This document shows positions 1-9,270 of a DNA stretch of 64,000 nucleotides, piece by piece. The stretch comes from an uncultured Clostridia bacterium (lineage in GTDB: Bacteria > Bacillota > Clostridia > Christensenellales > CAG-917): assembly GCA_963542015.1 (NCBI GenBank), contig CAUTUX010000004.1, positions 5,497 to 69,496 of the forward strand, read 5' to 3'. The notes under the pieces are model-generated. The model made no database searches. It was not told the origin of the DNA and saw only the letters and a program-made list of their open reading frames with translations. Numbering within the stretch: position 1 is the stretch's first letter; each line of letters begins with the position of its first letter. A program made the translations under genes and the position numbers.

Positions 1-164
1 ATACGAATGTGCAACTTGCTTTATTTGCATCAGAACTAAAATTTACACATCCTATAAGTGGAGATAAACATGTTATAAGAGCATATCCACCAGAAGAAGC
101 ACCATGGCTAGACTATAAAAGATACACAGACTCAATATTAGAACTGCTAATTAAAAACAGTTAA
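1..164 (+). CDS. pseudouridine synthase (RluA family), C-terminal fragment cut by the window start
   Basis: The frame starting at nt 3 reads ...LALFASELKFTHPISGDKHVIRAYPPEEAPW...IKNS and stops at TAA 162-164. The L-x-F-x-HP-x-SG pattern followed by a short P-rich tail is typical of RluA/RluD C-termini. Confidence 0.5.
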   Translation, partial: TNVQLALFASELKFTHPISGDKHVIRAYPPEEAPWLDYKRYTDSILELLIKNS

Positions 165-172
165 GGGAATAT

Positions 173-1834
173 ATGGAATTGATAGATAAGACAATCGGAC
201 AGTTACTTAAAGATGTGGCAAATGAATTGCCTAACAATATTGGTCTTGAATATAACACAAGAGAGTACTCTTTAACTTGGAAAGAACTTGATGAGCTAAC
301 AGACAAAATTGCAAAAGGATTTATGAGTCTAGGAGTACAGAAAGGGGATAAAGTGGCTATTTGGGCTACAAATATTCCTGAATGGTTTTTAACATTATAT
401 GCAACAGCAAAAATAGGAGCTGTCTTAGTTACTGTAAATACAAATTATAAGATTTTTGAATTAGAGTATCTTTTGTCGCAGTCTGACACAAAAGTCTTAG
501 TATGTATGCAAGGATTTAAAGACTCCAATTATGTTGAGATAATAAAAGAACTAGTTCCCGAAATTAATAGTGGTAATGAAGTTATAGAAAGTGAAAAGCT
601 GCCATTCTTGAAACAGGTTATTTTTGCTGGAAATTCAGAAATTCCACAAGGAATGATTAGTTTTGATAGTTTGATTGAACTTGGGAAAAAAGTTTCTGAT
701 AAAGAATATTTGGCGAGATTTAATTCAATTGATTGTAATGAAGTGGTTAATATGCAATATACCTCAGGAACGACGGGATTTCCAAAGGGGGTAATGCTAT
801 CACATAGAAATATAGTAAATAATGGAAAAACAATAGGCGAAGGAATGGCTTTAACATCCAAAGATAGATTGTGTATTTGTGTTCCAATGTTTCACTGTTT
901 TGGTCTAGTGTTGGCATTTCTTGCTTGTCTAACAAATAAAGCTTCTATGGTAGTTGTAGAGTCATATAATCCAGTTGTTGTTATGGAGACTCTTTCAAAA
1001 AAACAGTGTACTGCCGTGCATGGGGTTCCAACTATGTTTATTCATATGTTAGAACATCCAACATTCGATCAGTTTGATTTTTCTCATTTACGAACTGGCA
1101 TTATGGCAGGTTCTCCATGTCCAATTGAAATAATGAAAAAAGTTGTAGACAAAATGAATATGAAAGATATTGTTATAGTTTTCGGTCAAACTGAAGCGTC
1201 TCCAGGATGTACGATGACAACTACACATGACACTATAGAAAATCGAGTAACAACAGTCGGAAGAGCATTTCCACATGTTGAGTGCAAAATAATTAATCCA
1301 GAAACAAATGAGGAAATGCCATGCGGCGAGCCAGGCGAGTTTGTTGCAAGAGGATATAATATTATGCAGGGATATTATAAAATGCCTGAAGCAACAAAAA
1401 ATGTCATTGATAAGGATGGTTGGCTACATACTGGAGATTTATGTATAAAGAATAAAGATGGATATTACAAAGTTGTAGGTCGAATAAAGGATATGATCAT
1501 CAGAGGTGGTGAAAATATATATCCAAAAGAAATTGAGGAATATTTATATACAGTTGACGGAATAAGTGATGTTCAAGTCGTAGGGGTTCCAAGTGAGAAA
1601 TATGGGGAAGAAGTAATGGCATTCATAATTCTAAAGAAGAACTCTAATCTTACAGAAGACGATATTAAAAAATTAGTTAAGAAAAATATGGCACGACATA
1701 AAGTCCCGTCGTATGTTAAATTTTTAGATAAATTCCCGACAACAGCGAGTGGTAAAATACAAAAGTATAAGCTGAGAGAGATGGGAATTAAATTATTAAG
1801 CTTACATCAAGCAGCAAGTATTGAGACTGCATAG
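173..1834 (+). CDS. AMP-dependent acyl-CoA synthetase/ligase (FadD-like)
   Basis: 553-aa ORF with the AMP-binding signature YTSGTTGFPKG, then GWLHTGD, GRIKDMIIRGGENIYP and C-terminal SGKIQK. Confidence 0.9.
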   Translation: MELIDKTIGQLLKDVANELPNNIGLEYNTREYSLTWKELDELTDKIAKGFMSLGVQKGDKVAIWATNIPEWFLTLYATAKIGAVLVTVNTNYKIFELEYLLSQSDTKVLVCMQGFKDSNYVEIIKELVPEINSGNEVIESEKLPFLKQVIFAGNSEIPQGMISFDSLIELGKKVSDKEYLARFNSIDCNEVVNMQYTSGTTGFPKGVMLSHRNIVNNGKTIGEGMALTSKDRLCICVPMFHCFGLVLAFLACLTNKASMVVVESYNPVVVMETLSKKQCTAVHGVPTMFIHMLEHPTFDQFDFSHLRTGIMAGSPCPIEIMKKVVDKMNMKDIVIVFGQTEASPGCTMTTTHDTIENRVTTVGRAFPHVECKIINPETNEEMPCGEPGEFVARGYNIMQGYYKMPEATKNVIDKDGWLHTGDLCIKNKDGYYKVVGRIKDMIIRGGENIYPKEIEEYLYTVDGISDVQVVGVPSEKYGEEVMAFIILKKNSNLTEDDIKKLVKKNMARHKVPSYVKFLDKFPTTASGKIQKYKLREMGIKLLSLHQAASIETA

Positions 1835-1845
1835 GAGGTAATATA

Positions 1846-2640
1846 ATGAAAAAACTATGCTTTTCAACTATTGGATCACCAGATTGGAGTCTAAAAGATA
1901 TTATTTCCACAGCTAAAGATTTGGGATACAGTGCAATAGAGGTTAGAAGTATTGCTAATGAAATTTATGCTCCAAAAATGAAGGAATTTACAAAAGACTT
2001 AAGTAAAACAAAAGATTTGATTGCAGACTCAGGAATTAAAATTGCTATGTTATCATCAAATGTTGCATTTGCAAATCATCAAGATGTAACGGCATTAAAA
2101 AGAGCAGAAGAGTATTTAAAATTAGCAGAAAAGATGGATGTTACTTTTATTAGAGTAATGTCAACAGACAAACCATATTTTGACGGCGGTGATGAAGAAC
2201 TGTGTTTAAAACAGTTTGAAGAAATAGTTAAGATGGCAAATGATACAAAAGTTACAGTCCTAATGGAAACTAACGGTATTTTTGTTGATACCAAAAAACT
2301 TGGAATATTTTTAGATCAAGTTAAAGGGAATAGTGGAGCACTTTGGGATACACATCATCCATATAGGTTTAATGATGAACAGCTGTCGACATCTATAAAG
2401 AATTTAGGTTCAAAAATTAAGTATGTGCATTTAAAAGATAGTGTTATAAATAAAGGAAAGGTTGCATATAAAATAATGGGCACTGGAGATATGCCTATTA
2501 AGAATATTGTGTCTCTACTTCAAGAAAATAATTACGACGGATATTACACGCTAGAATGGGTTAAATTGTGGGATGATACACTTGAAGATGCTGGAATTGT
2601 ATTTGCACAATATGTGCAGTATATGAACAGATTACCGTAG
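1846..2640 (+). CDS. sugar phosphate isomerase/epimerase (xylose isomerase-like TIM barrel)
   Basis: 264-aa ORF with an SD (GGAGG) 7 nt upstream. The alternating beta-alpha pattern with IEVR, FIRV, LMETNG and HLKD strands resembles the AP_endonuc_2/TIM-barrel family. The assignment rests on pattern only. Confidence 0.6.
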   Translation: MKKLCFSTIGSPDWSLKDIISTAKDLGYSAIEVRSIANEIYAPKMKEFTKDLSKTKDLIADSGIKIAMLSSNVAFANHQDVTALKRAEEYLKLAEKMDVTFIRVMSTDKPYFDGGDEELCLKQFEEIVKMANDTKVTVLMETNGIFVDTKKLGIFLDQVKGNSGALWDTHHPYRFNDEQLSTSIKNLGSKIKYVHLKDSVINKGKVAYKIMGTGDMPIKNIVSLLQENNYDGYYTLEWVKLWDDTLEDAGIVFAQYVQYMNRLP

Positions 2641-3699
2641 TAGAGTTTTTAATAATAAATCAGCGTTATTATCGATTTTTATAGGATTAGAATATCTATT
2701 ATCTATATTGTCACTTGCTTTATATAACAAGTTGCATTTTGAATTCGCACAAAATGACAGTATTTCATTTTTAAGTTTTCCATTTATTGCAAGTATTGTG
2801 GTGTAAGGAATTAAATCTTGCAATAATTCCAGATCTTTTTTACGAATATTGAGTACCACAGATGCTACTAATCTTTTTAATGTTGATAAGGTTAATCGTT
2901 TTGAAGTTAAAGTATAAAATTCATCAAGAGTTTTAAATTGTTCCTTAGCTATTTTATAATTTAAACCTTCCTTTACATTTAATATTTCATTTAGTTCATC
3001 TGCATTTTTTGAATTTAACAAATACAAAGCTAATTTCTCATACACTAAATTTACATCTTTTGTTTTATATTTAACAAATTCTGGCACATTTTCATTAATA
3101 GGCTTTAGGTTATTTCTAATTTCTGTTGATGATGCCAAATTTAAATTCCTAGCAATCGTGTATAAATTTATATCGGAAGCCATCCTTTTTATACTATTTA
3201 TATATTCGATTCCTAAAATATTGTTTCCTGTCCAAAATGTTTTATCAATATTTTTCAAACTCAATTCGCATGATTTAGCATAGCTGTATCCTAATTTTAA
3301 ATATTCTTTGATTTGTCTATTAGTTATTTCATTTTCAAAACTATCCGAGATATTTTTTAGAACACCAATATCACCTAACTCGCTTCCAAAAGCGAGGGTG
3401 TAGGTTGCAAAGATTGCAGACAATGTTCGAATTGCACCTTCTGCAAATATTTTTGCATTTGAAAGAGAATAGATTGTAGGCAATTCAAAAACAACATCAG
3501 CCCCTGCCTTAATTCCCCATTCAGCTCTTGTAAACTTATCAGCAACAGCAAGGTCACCTCGTTGAGTAAATGAACCACTTAAAATAATTGCTATTAAGTC
3601 AGGGTTTAGATCTTTTTTTATACTGTCAATTAAAAATTTATGCCCATTGTGAAATGGATTAAATTCAGCAACTAAACAAACAATCTTGTTAAAAATCAT
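2632..3699 (-). CDS. tmcAL: tRNA(Met) cytidine acetate ligase / UPF0348 nucleotidyltransferase (YlbM type)
   Basis: The N-terminus IVCLVAEFNPFHNGHKFLI carries the HxGH nucleotidyltransferase motif, followed by ILSGSFTQRGDLAV. I place the start at the internal ATG at 3699; the first 26 codons of the 381-aa ORF are not family-like. Confidence 0.75.
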   Translation of the reverse strand: MIFNKIVCLVAEFNPFHNGHKFLIDSIKKDLNPDLIAIILSGSFTQRGDLAVADKFTRAEWGIKAGADVVFELPTIYSLSNAKIFAEGAIRTLSAIFATYTLAFGSELGDIGVLKNISDSFENEITNRQIKEYLKLGYSYAKSCELSLKNIDKTFWTGNNILGIEYINSIKRMASDINLYTIARNLNLASSTEIRNNLKPINENVPEFVKYKTKDVNLVYEKLALYLLNSKNADELNEILNVKEGLNYKIAKEQFKTLDEFYTLTSKRLTLSTLKRLVASVVLNIRKKDLELLQDLIPYTTILAINGKLKNEILSFCANSKCNLLYKASDNIDNRYSNPIKIDNNADLLLKTLLR

Positions 3700-3787
3700 T
3701 ACAATAAATATATAGCGTAGCGAGTTCAATTGGCAATATAGAACATAATTAAAAAAATTCTTAAAGCAACTTAACATGAGTACTAAA

Positions 3788-3816
3788 TTGACAAAGCTAA
3801 CGGGGGGGGGTACAAT
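3788..3816 (+). promoter_or_regulatory. sigma-70-type promoter TTGACA-17-TACAAT with a G9 run inside the spacer
   Basis: TTGACA lies at 3788-3793 and TACAAT at 3811-3816, with a 17-nt spacer aagctaacggggggggg (G9 at 3802-3810). AGGAGG at 3836-3841 and ATG at 3849 follow. The ylxM-ffh promoter at 15441-15469 uses identical hexamers and spacing. Confidence 0.65.
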
Positions 3817-3848
3817 TATTGGATATTTTGACCTTAGGAGGTAAATAT

Positions 3849-6650
3849 ATGAAGAGGAGAGAAAATCACAAATTAGAATATGCGATGCTTTTAATTCTAA
3901 TAATTTTGCTTCTCGTAATACTAATACCTGTAACCGTATATGGAATTAGAAACAAACAACAGCCTTATATACCTCCTATAGAAGAAAAGATAAAAGAAAA
4001 AAATCCATATGAAGAATTGGAGAAGCTCTTTAAGTTTAGAAAGCTTGAAGATACTTATGCTATAGAAAAATATATAGGTAAGCTATCAAAAGTAACTATC
4101 CCAACAGAATACAAAGGGCTTAAGGTTAATCAAATAGATGATGAGGCATTTGCAAATGTAGATTTTTTAGAAAAGGTTGATGTATCAAATACAATTGAAG
4201 GAATTGGTAACAAAGCATTTGTTAATTGTACCAATTTAAATGAAATCACATTACAAGAAGGTCTAAAAGAAATATTATCAGATGCATTTTCTAATACTGG
4301 TCTGAGTTCGGCAAAGATTCCAAGTACAGTGAAAAAGATAGACACAAGTGCATTTAAAGAATGCCAAAATTTAACTGAAGTTACACTTGAAGAAGGATTA
4401 AAATCAATAGGTGCTGAAGCATTTTTAGGAACACCAATTAAATCAATTACAATTCCAGGAACAATACAAAATATGGGCGATAGAGTTTTTGAAGGATGCT
4501 ATAATTTGAAAAAAGTTATTTTAGGAGAGGGAATAACAGAAGTAACACCAAGATATTTTAATAGAGCTACACTAGAAGACATAACAATTCCAGGAACAGT
4601 TGAAGTAATAAGAAGTCATACATTTTATTTACTTAATTGTCTAAAAACAGTAACACTCAATAAGGGAGTGAAAAAAATAGAAGAGAGGGCATTCCTAGAA
4701 TCTGCAATTAAATCGATTACAATTCCAGGCACTGTAGAGAAAATTGAGACTTATGCATTTAGTTATTGTAAAAATCTAAAGGAAGTAGTGCTCAATGAAG
4801 GATTAAAGGAAATAGCTGCTGATGTATTCAGATACACAGCAATTGAGTCAATTACTATTCCAGGTACTGTTAAGGAAGTAGGATGGGAAGCATTTGCATT
4901 TTGCGATAATTTAAAAAAGGTAACATTAGGCGAAGGAATAAGCAGTTTTAACAGTAATTATTTTAATGAAAAATCTTTAGAAGAAATAATACTTCCAAGC
5001 ACATTAGAAACAATAGGGGATAATGCATTTGAGAATTGTAAAAAATTAAAATCAGTGGATCTAAAATATGGTTTAAAAACAATAGGGTATGGAGCCTTTA
5101 AGGGAACATCAATTGAATCAATAAGAATCCCAGGAACAGTAGAAGAAATTGGAGATGAAGTTTTTAAAGGATGTAATTTAAAAAAAGTAGTCCTAGGCGA
5201 GGGAATAAAAGAGATAAAATCAAACTATTTCAATAGAGAAACATTAGAAGATATAACAATTCCAGGAACAGTAGAAGAAATTAGAGATAATGCATTTGAG
5301 AATTGTTATAGTTTAAAAAAAGTAGAACTTCATGATGGGCTGAAAAGAATAGGTGTTGCATCATTTGCTAGGACATCACTTAAGTCAATTCTAATACCTA
5401 GTACGGTACAGGAAATAGGAACTGTTGCATTTTATGACTGTCAGAATTTAAAACAAGTAGAACTTTATGATGGATTGAGAACAATAGGAAATGGAGCATT
5501 TAGCGAAACATCAATAGAATCAATAATAATTCCTGGAACTATTACAGCTATGGGGAGTGATGTTTTTGCAGACTGTAATAATTTGAAAAAAGTAGTATTA
5601 GGAGAGGGAATAGAAGAATGTACAGATAATTATTTCAATAAACCAACATTAGAAGATATAACAATTCCAAGTACGGTAGAGAAGATAAATACTGGAGTAT
5701 TTTATGATTCCAAGAATTTAAAAAAAGTTGAACTTCATGATGGATTAAAGCAAATAGAAGATTGTTCTTTTCAATATTCATCAATTCAATCAATTATAAT
5801 TCCAAAAACCGTTGAAAAAATAGGTGCTTCTGCATTTATGGGATGCAATAGTCTAAAAGATGTAACGCTTCAAGATGGACTGAAAAGAGTAGACTATTAT
5901 GCATTTAAAGGAACATTGATAGAAACAATAAGGATTCCAGGCACAATAACATTTGAAAAATTTGGAGATAAAGTTTTCGAAGAATGTGATAATTTAAAAA
6001 AAGTAATTTTAGGAGAAGGAATAAAAGATGTTGTAGATAATTACTTTAATACATCATCATTGGAAGAAATTTCAATTCCTGGCACAGTTGAAGAAATAAA
6101 TGCCTGTACTTTTGAAGATTGCAAAAAATTAAAATCTGTAACGCTTAATGAAGGATTAAAAACAATTTGGGATAGAGCTTTTGAAGAAACATCGATCGAA
6201 TCAATTATACTTCCAAGCACAGTGGAACTTATATATGATCGTGCCTTTGCCGATTGTAAAAAATTAAACTCAGTAATATTGAATAATGGATTAAAAGAAA
6301 TAGGTAAAGGTGCTTTCAGAGGAATAGCAATTGAATCAATTAAGATTCCAGCTACTGTGGTGTATATAGGAGATTATACATTTGGTAAATGTGATAATTT
6401 AAAAGATATAATTTTAGAAGAAGGAATAAAAACAATTGGGGATTTAGCATTTGGTGATGCACCAATTGGATCAATAACAATTCCAAGCACAGTAGAAGTG
6501 ATTGAGAAAGATATATTTGGGAGTAACGACAAGTTAAAAACGATAAATTGTAAAATAAAAAAGAGCTACTATGACACACATCAGACTCAACTTTATGGAT
6601 TAAGAGACTCAGAGTTAAAGGGGCGTAAAATTAACTGGTTAAATGGTTAG
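3849..6650 (+). CDS. BspA-type leucine-rich-repeat (LRR_5-like) surface protein with an N-terminal membrane anchor
   Basis: The start is at ATG 3849, 7 nt after AGGAGG. A hydrophobic anchor (LLILIILLLVILIPVTVYG) is followed by roughly three dozen ~23-aa repeats of the type I-x-IP-x-TV-x-x-IG-x-x-AF-x-x-C-x-x-LK-x-V-x-L. Confidence 0.85.
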   Translation: MKRRENHKLEYAMLLILIILLLVILIPVTVYGIRNKQQPYIPPIEEKIKEKNPYEELEKLFKFRKLEDTYAIEKYIGKLSKVTIPTEYKGLKVNQIDDEAFANVDFLEKVDVSNTIEGIGNKAFVNCTNLNEITLQEGLKEILSDAFSNTGLSSAKIPSTVKKIDTSAFKECQNLTEVTLEEGLKSIGAEAFLGTPIKSITIPGTIQNMGDRVFEGCYNLKKVILGEGITEVTPRYFNRATLEDITIPGTVEVIRSHTFYLLNCLKTVTLNKGVKKIEERAFLESAIKSITIPGTVEKIETYAFSYCKNLKEVVLNEGLKEIAADVFRYTAIESITIPGTVKEVGWEAFAFCDNLKKVTLGEGISSFNSNYFNEKSLEEIILPSTLETIGDNAFENCKKLKSVDLKYGLKTIGYGAFKGTSIESIRIPGTVEEIGDEVFKGCNLKKVVLGEGIKEIKSNYFNRETLEDITIPGTVEEIRDNAFENCYSLKKVELHDGLKRIGVASFARTSLKSILIPSTVQEIGTVAFYDCQNLKQVELYDGLRTIGNGAFSETSIESIIIPGTITAMGSDVFADCNNLKKVVLGEGIEECTDNYFNKPTLEDITIPSTVEKINTGVFYDSKNLKKVELHDGLKQIEDCSFQYSSIQSIIIPKTVEKIGASAFMGCNSLKDVTLQDGLKRVDYYAFKGTLIETIRIPGTITFEKFGDKVFEECDNLKKVILGEGIKDVVDNYFNTSSLEEISIPGTVEEINACTFEDCKKLKSVTLNEGLKTIWDRAFEETSIESIILPSTVELIYDRAFADCKKLNSVILNNGLKEIGKGAFRGIAIESIKIPATVVYIGDYTFGKCDNLKDIILEEGIKTIGDLAFGDAPIGSITIPSTVEVIEKDIFGSNDKLKTINCKIKKSYYDTHQTQLYGLRDSELKGRKINWLNG

Positions 6651-6808
6651 CATCTAAGTATTTTTAGTAATTTTTAAATAATATATCTATAAAATTTAAA
6701 ATTTTCCATAACATCATATCTTAGGTTAAGAAGTTAAGGTTTTGATTTAGTTTGTAAAAGTATGAGGCAATAAAATATAATTAATAATATTGTTTTGAGA
6801 GGTAAATA

Positions 6809-7804
6809 ATGAAATTTCTTGATGATTTATTAAGTAGAGCAAAAGTTTTAAATAAGAAAATAGCTCTTTGTGAAGTTGAAGATGAACGTGTTGTTAGTGC
6901 TGCGGATTATTTGTCATCTAAAGGCATATGTAAAGTAGTCCTAATAGGGAATGAAGAGCAGATTCGCCAACAATTTCCAAGTTTAAAATTGAAGGATGTT
7001 GAATTCTGGGATGTTAAGAAATATGCAAAGACAGAAGATTATATAAATCTTCTTTATGAGTTGAGAAAAGCAAAAGGAGCTACAATTGAATGGGCTAGAA
7101 ATGCTGTTAATACGGATATGTTAACATTTGCAGCACTTGGTCTTAAATCGGGCGATCTTGATGGTATTGTTGCTGGTGCAGTTTTATCATCTGCAGCGGT
7201 TTCTAGAGTTGCATTTCAGATAATAAAGGCAAAGCCAGGACTAAACAGTGTTTCATCATGTTTTGTAATGGTTCCTCCGGAAGGATTTAAGGGGACAAAA
7301 GAGAAAGCAATTATTTTTTCTGATTGTGGAGTTATTCCGTATCCAACAAAAGAACAATTAGTGGATATTGCATTTGCAGCAAAAGACAGTGCTGAAAAGA
7401 TTATTCAAACAAATCCAAGAATAGCGATGTTGTCATTTTCAACCAAGGGAAGTGCTAAACATCCAGCTGTTGAACTTGTACAAGAAGCATTTGAAATGGC
7501 TAAGGCAAAAGACGAGAATTTAGTTATAGATGGAGAAATGCAATTTGATGCTGCTTTTGTTGAAAGTGTAGGAAAACAGAAGGCACCTAATAGTAAAGTT
7601 GCTGGAGAGGCAAATGTATTTATTTTCCCTAACTTAGACGCAGGAAATATAGGATATAAGATAGCTCAAAGATTGGGAAATTTCACGGCTCTTGGACCTA
7701 TTATGCAAGGCTTGGATAAACCAATAAATGATTTGTCTCGTGGATGTAATATGATGGATATAGTATATGTTGCAGCAATTACATGTCTGCAATCACAGGA
7801 GTAA
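6809..7804 (+). CDS. pta: phosphate acetyltransferase
   Basis: 331 aa with family-typical segments (DGIVAGA, SDCGV, NVFIFPNLDAGNIGYKIAQR, INDLSRG). It lies directly upstream of ackA. Confidence 0.9.
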   Translation: MKFLDDLLSRAKVLNKKIALCEVEDERVVSAADYLSSKGICKVVLIGNEEQIRQQFPSLKLKDVEFWDVKKYAKTEDYINLLYELRKAKGATIEWARNAVNTDMLTFAALGLKSGDLDGIVAGAVLSSAAVSRVAFQIIKAKPGLNSVSSCFVMVPPEGFKGTKEKAIIFSDCGVIPYPTKEQLVDIAFAAKDSAEKIIQTNPRIAMLSFSTKGSAKHPAVELVQEAFEMAKAKDENLVIDGEMQFDAAFVESVGKQKAPNSKVAGEANVFIFPNLDAGNIGYKIAQRLGNFTALGPIMQGLDKPINDLSRGCNMMDIVYVAAITCLQSQE

Positions 7805-7809
7805 GAATA

Positions 7810-9009
7810 ATGAAGATTTTAGTATGTAATGCTGGGAGCTCATCACTTAAATATCAGTTGATTGATATGTCAAATGAAAAAGTATTGGTAAAGGGCTTAT
7901 GCGAAAGAATTAATATTGATGGAAGAATTTCGCAGAAGAATATTAATGGTAAACAGTTTAAAAAAGAAGCAACAATGAAGAATCATACCGATGCAATTAA
8001 GCTTGTTATCCAGTCTATAATTGACCCCGAATTTGGGGTAATTAAAGATATAAGTGAAATTGATGCTGTAGGTCATCGTGTTCTTCATTCGGCGGAAGAT
8101 TTTAATGATTCTGTTGTTATCACTGATGAAGTTTTAAAAATATGTGAAAAAAATGTTGAATTGGGACCTTTGCATATGCCAGGTAACATTGCATGCATTA
8201 AGAGTTGTATGGAAATATTAAAAGACAAACCAATGGTTGCAGTTTTTGATACGACATTTCATTCAACCTTACCACCTAAAGCATATATGTACGGAATAAA
8301 ATATGAAGATTATGAAAAATATAGAGTTAGAAAATATGGTTTTCATGGGTCATCGCATAAATTTGTTTCTAGTGAAACAATGAAGTATTTAAAAAATGAC
8401 AAAGCAAAATTGATAATTTGTCATATTGGAAACGGCTCTTCGCTTTCTGCAGTAGACAGTGGTGTTTGTATGGATACAAGTATGGGATTTACACCGTTAG
8501 CTGGGGTTGTAATGGGAACTAGAAGTGGTGATATTGACCCAAGTGCAGTTGATTTTTTGAGAAACAAATTAAATTTATCATCTGAAAAAATGGTCGACTA
8601 CTTAAATAAAGAATGTGGTATGCTCGGCATTTCTGGAGTTAGCTCAGATATGAGAGATGTTGAAAATAAAATGTTTACAGGTGACGAAAGATGCACTTTA
8701 TCAATTGAGATGATTGGATACACAATTAAGAAATATGTAGGAGCATATTTAGCTGTTCTAAATGGAGCCGATGCAATCGTATTTACGGGTGGAATAGGTG
8801 AAAATAGTGACATTATGAGAAAGCTTGTAACAGAGAACATGACAGCATTTGGCATTGAAATTGATGAGAAGAAAAACAATGTTAAAGCGTCTGAAATAAC
8901 AGACATTTCAGGCAAAAAATCAAAGGTTAAGGTTCTCATAGTTCCAACAAATGAAGAGCTCTTAATTGCCCGTGAAACTGCTGAAAAAGTAGCAAAAATG
9001 GCAAAATAA
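7810..9009 (+). CDS. ackA: acetate kinase
   Basis: From ATG 7810 the protein starts MKILVCNAGSSSLKYQL. It also contains GHRVLH, FDTTFH, YGFHGSSH and FTGGIGENS. Confidence 0.95.
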   Translation: MKILVCNAGSSSLKYQLIDMSNEKVLVKGLCERINIDGRISQKNINGKQFKKEATMKNHTDAIKLVIQSIIDPEFGVIKDISEIDAVGHRVLHSAEDFNDSVVITDEVLKICEKNVELGPLHMPGNIACIKSCMEILKDKPMVAVFDTTFHSTLPPKAYMYGIKYEDYEKYRVRKYGFHGSSHKFVSSETMKYLKNDKAKLIICHIGNGSSLSAVDSGVCMDTSMGFTPLAGVVMGTRSGDIDPSAVDFLRNKLNLSSEKMVDYLNKECGMLGISGVSSDMRDVENKMFTGDERCTLSIEMIGYTIKKYVGAYLAVLNGADAIVFTGGIGENSDIMRKLVTENMTAFGIEIDEKKNNVKASEITDISGKKSKVKVLIVPTNEELLIARETAEKVAKMAK

Positions 9010-9025
9010 AAGCAATTTTTATTAA

Positions 9026-9054
9026 TTGACTTTAAATGTATGTATATTTATACT
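9026..9054 (+). promoter_or_regulatory. candidate promoter TTGACT-17-TATACT for rpmF-plsX
   Basis: The hexamers lie at 9026-9031 and 9049-9054 with exactly 17 nt between them, 30 nt upstream of the rpmF start. Confidence 0.5.
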
Positions 9055-9084
9055 TGATTTTATTAAAAACGGAGGAATACTGAA

Positions 9085-9270
9085 ATGGCAGTACCAAAGA
9101 GTAAAAAGTCTAAATCAAAGACAAATTCAAGATTCGCAAACTGGAAATTAAAGGAGCAAAATCTTGTAAGATGTCCACAGTGTCATGAGTTTGTAAAACA
9201 GCACAATGTTTGTCCAAACTGTGGTGCATATGATGGAAAAGTTGTAATAGACCAAGACGCACAAAAATAA
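9085..9270 (+). CDS. rpmF: 50S ribosomal protein L32
   Basis: 61 aa starting MAVPKSKKSKSK, with CPQC...CPNCG zinc-ribbon cysteines. Confidence 0.9.
   Translation: MAVPKSKKSKSKTNSRFANWKLKEQNLVRCPQCHEFVKQHNVCPNCGAYDGKVVIDQDAQK

Noticed and set aside
3700-3777. The N-terminal extension of the tmcAL ORF (start at 3777), and likewise the queT ORF extension at 33668-33745.
   Set aside because: The extensions do not match the family N-termini. The queT extension translates the preQ1 aptamer. Internal starts with better context exist (ATG 3699; TTG 33667 after GAGGTG).
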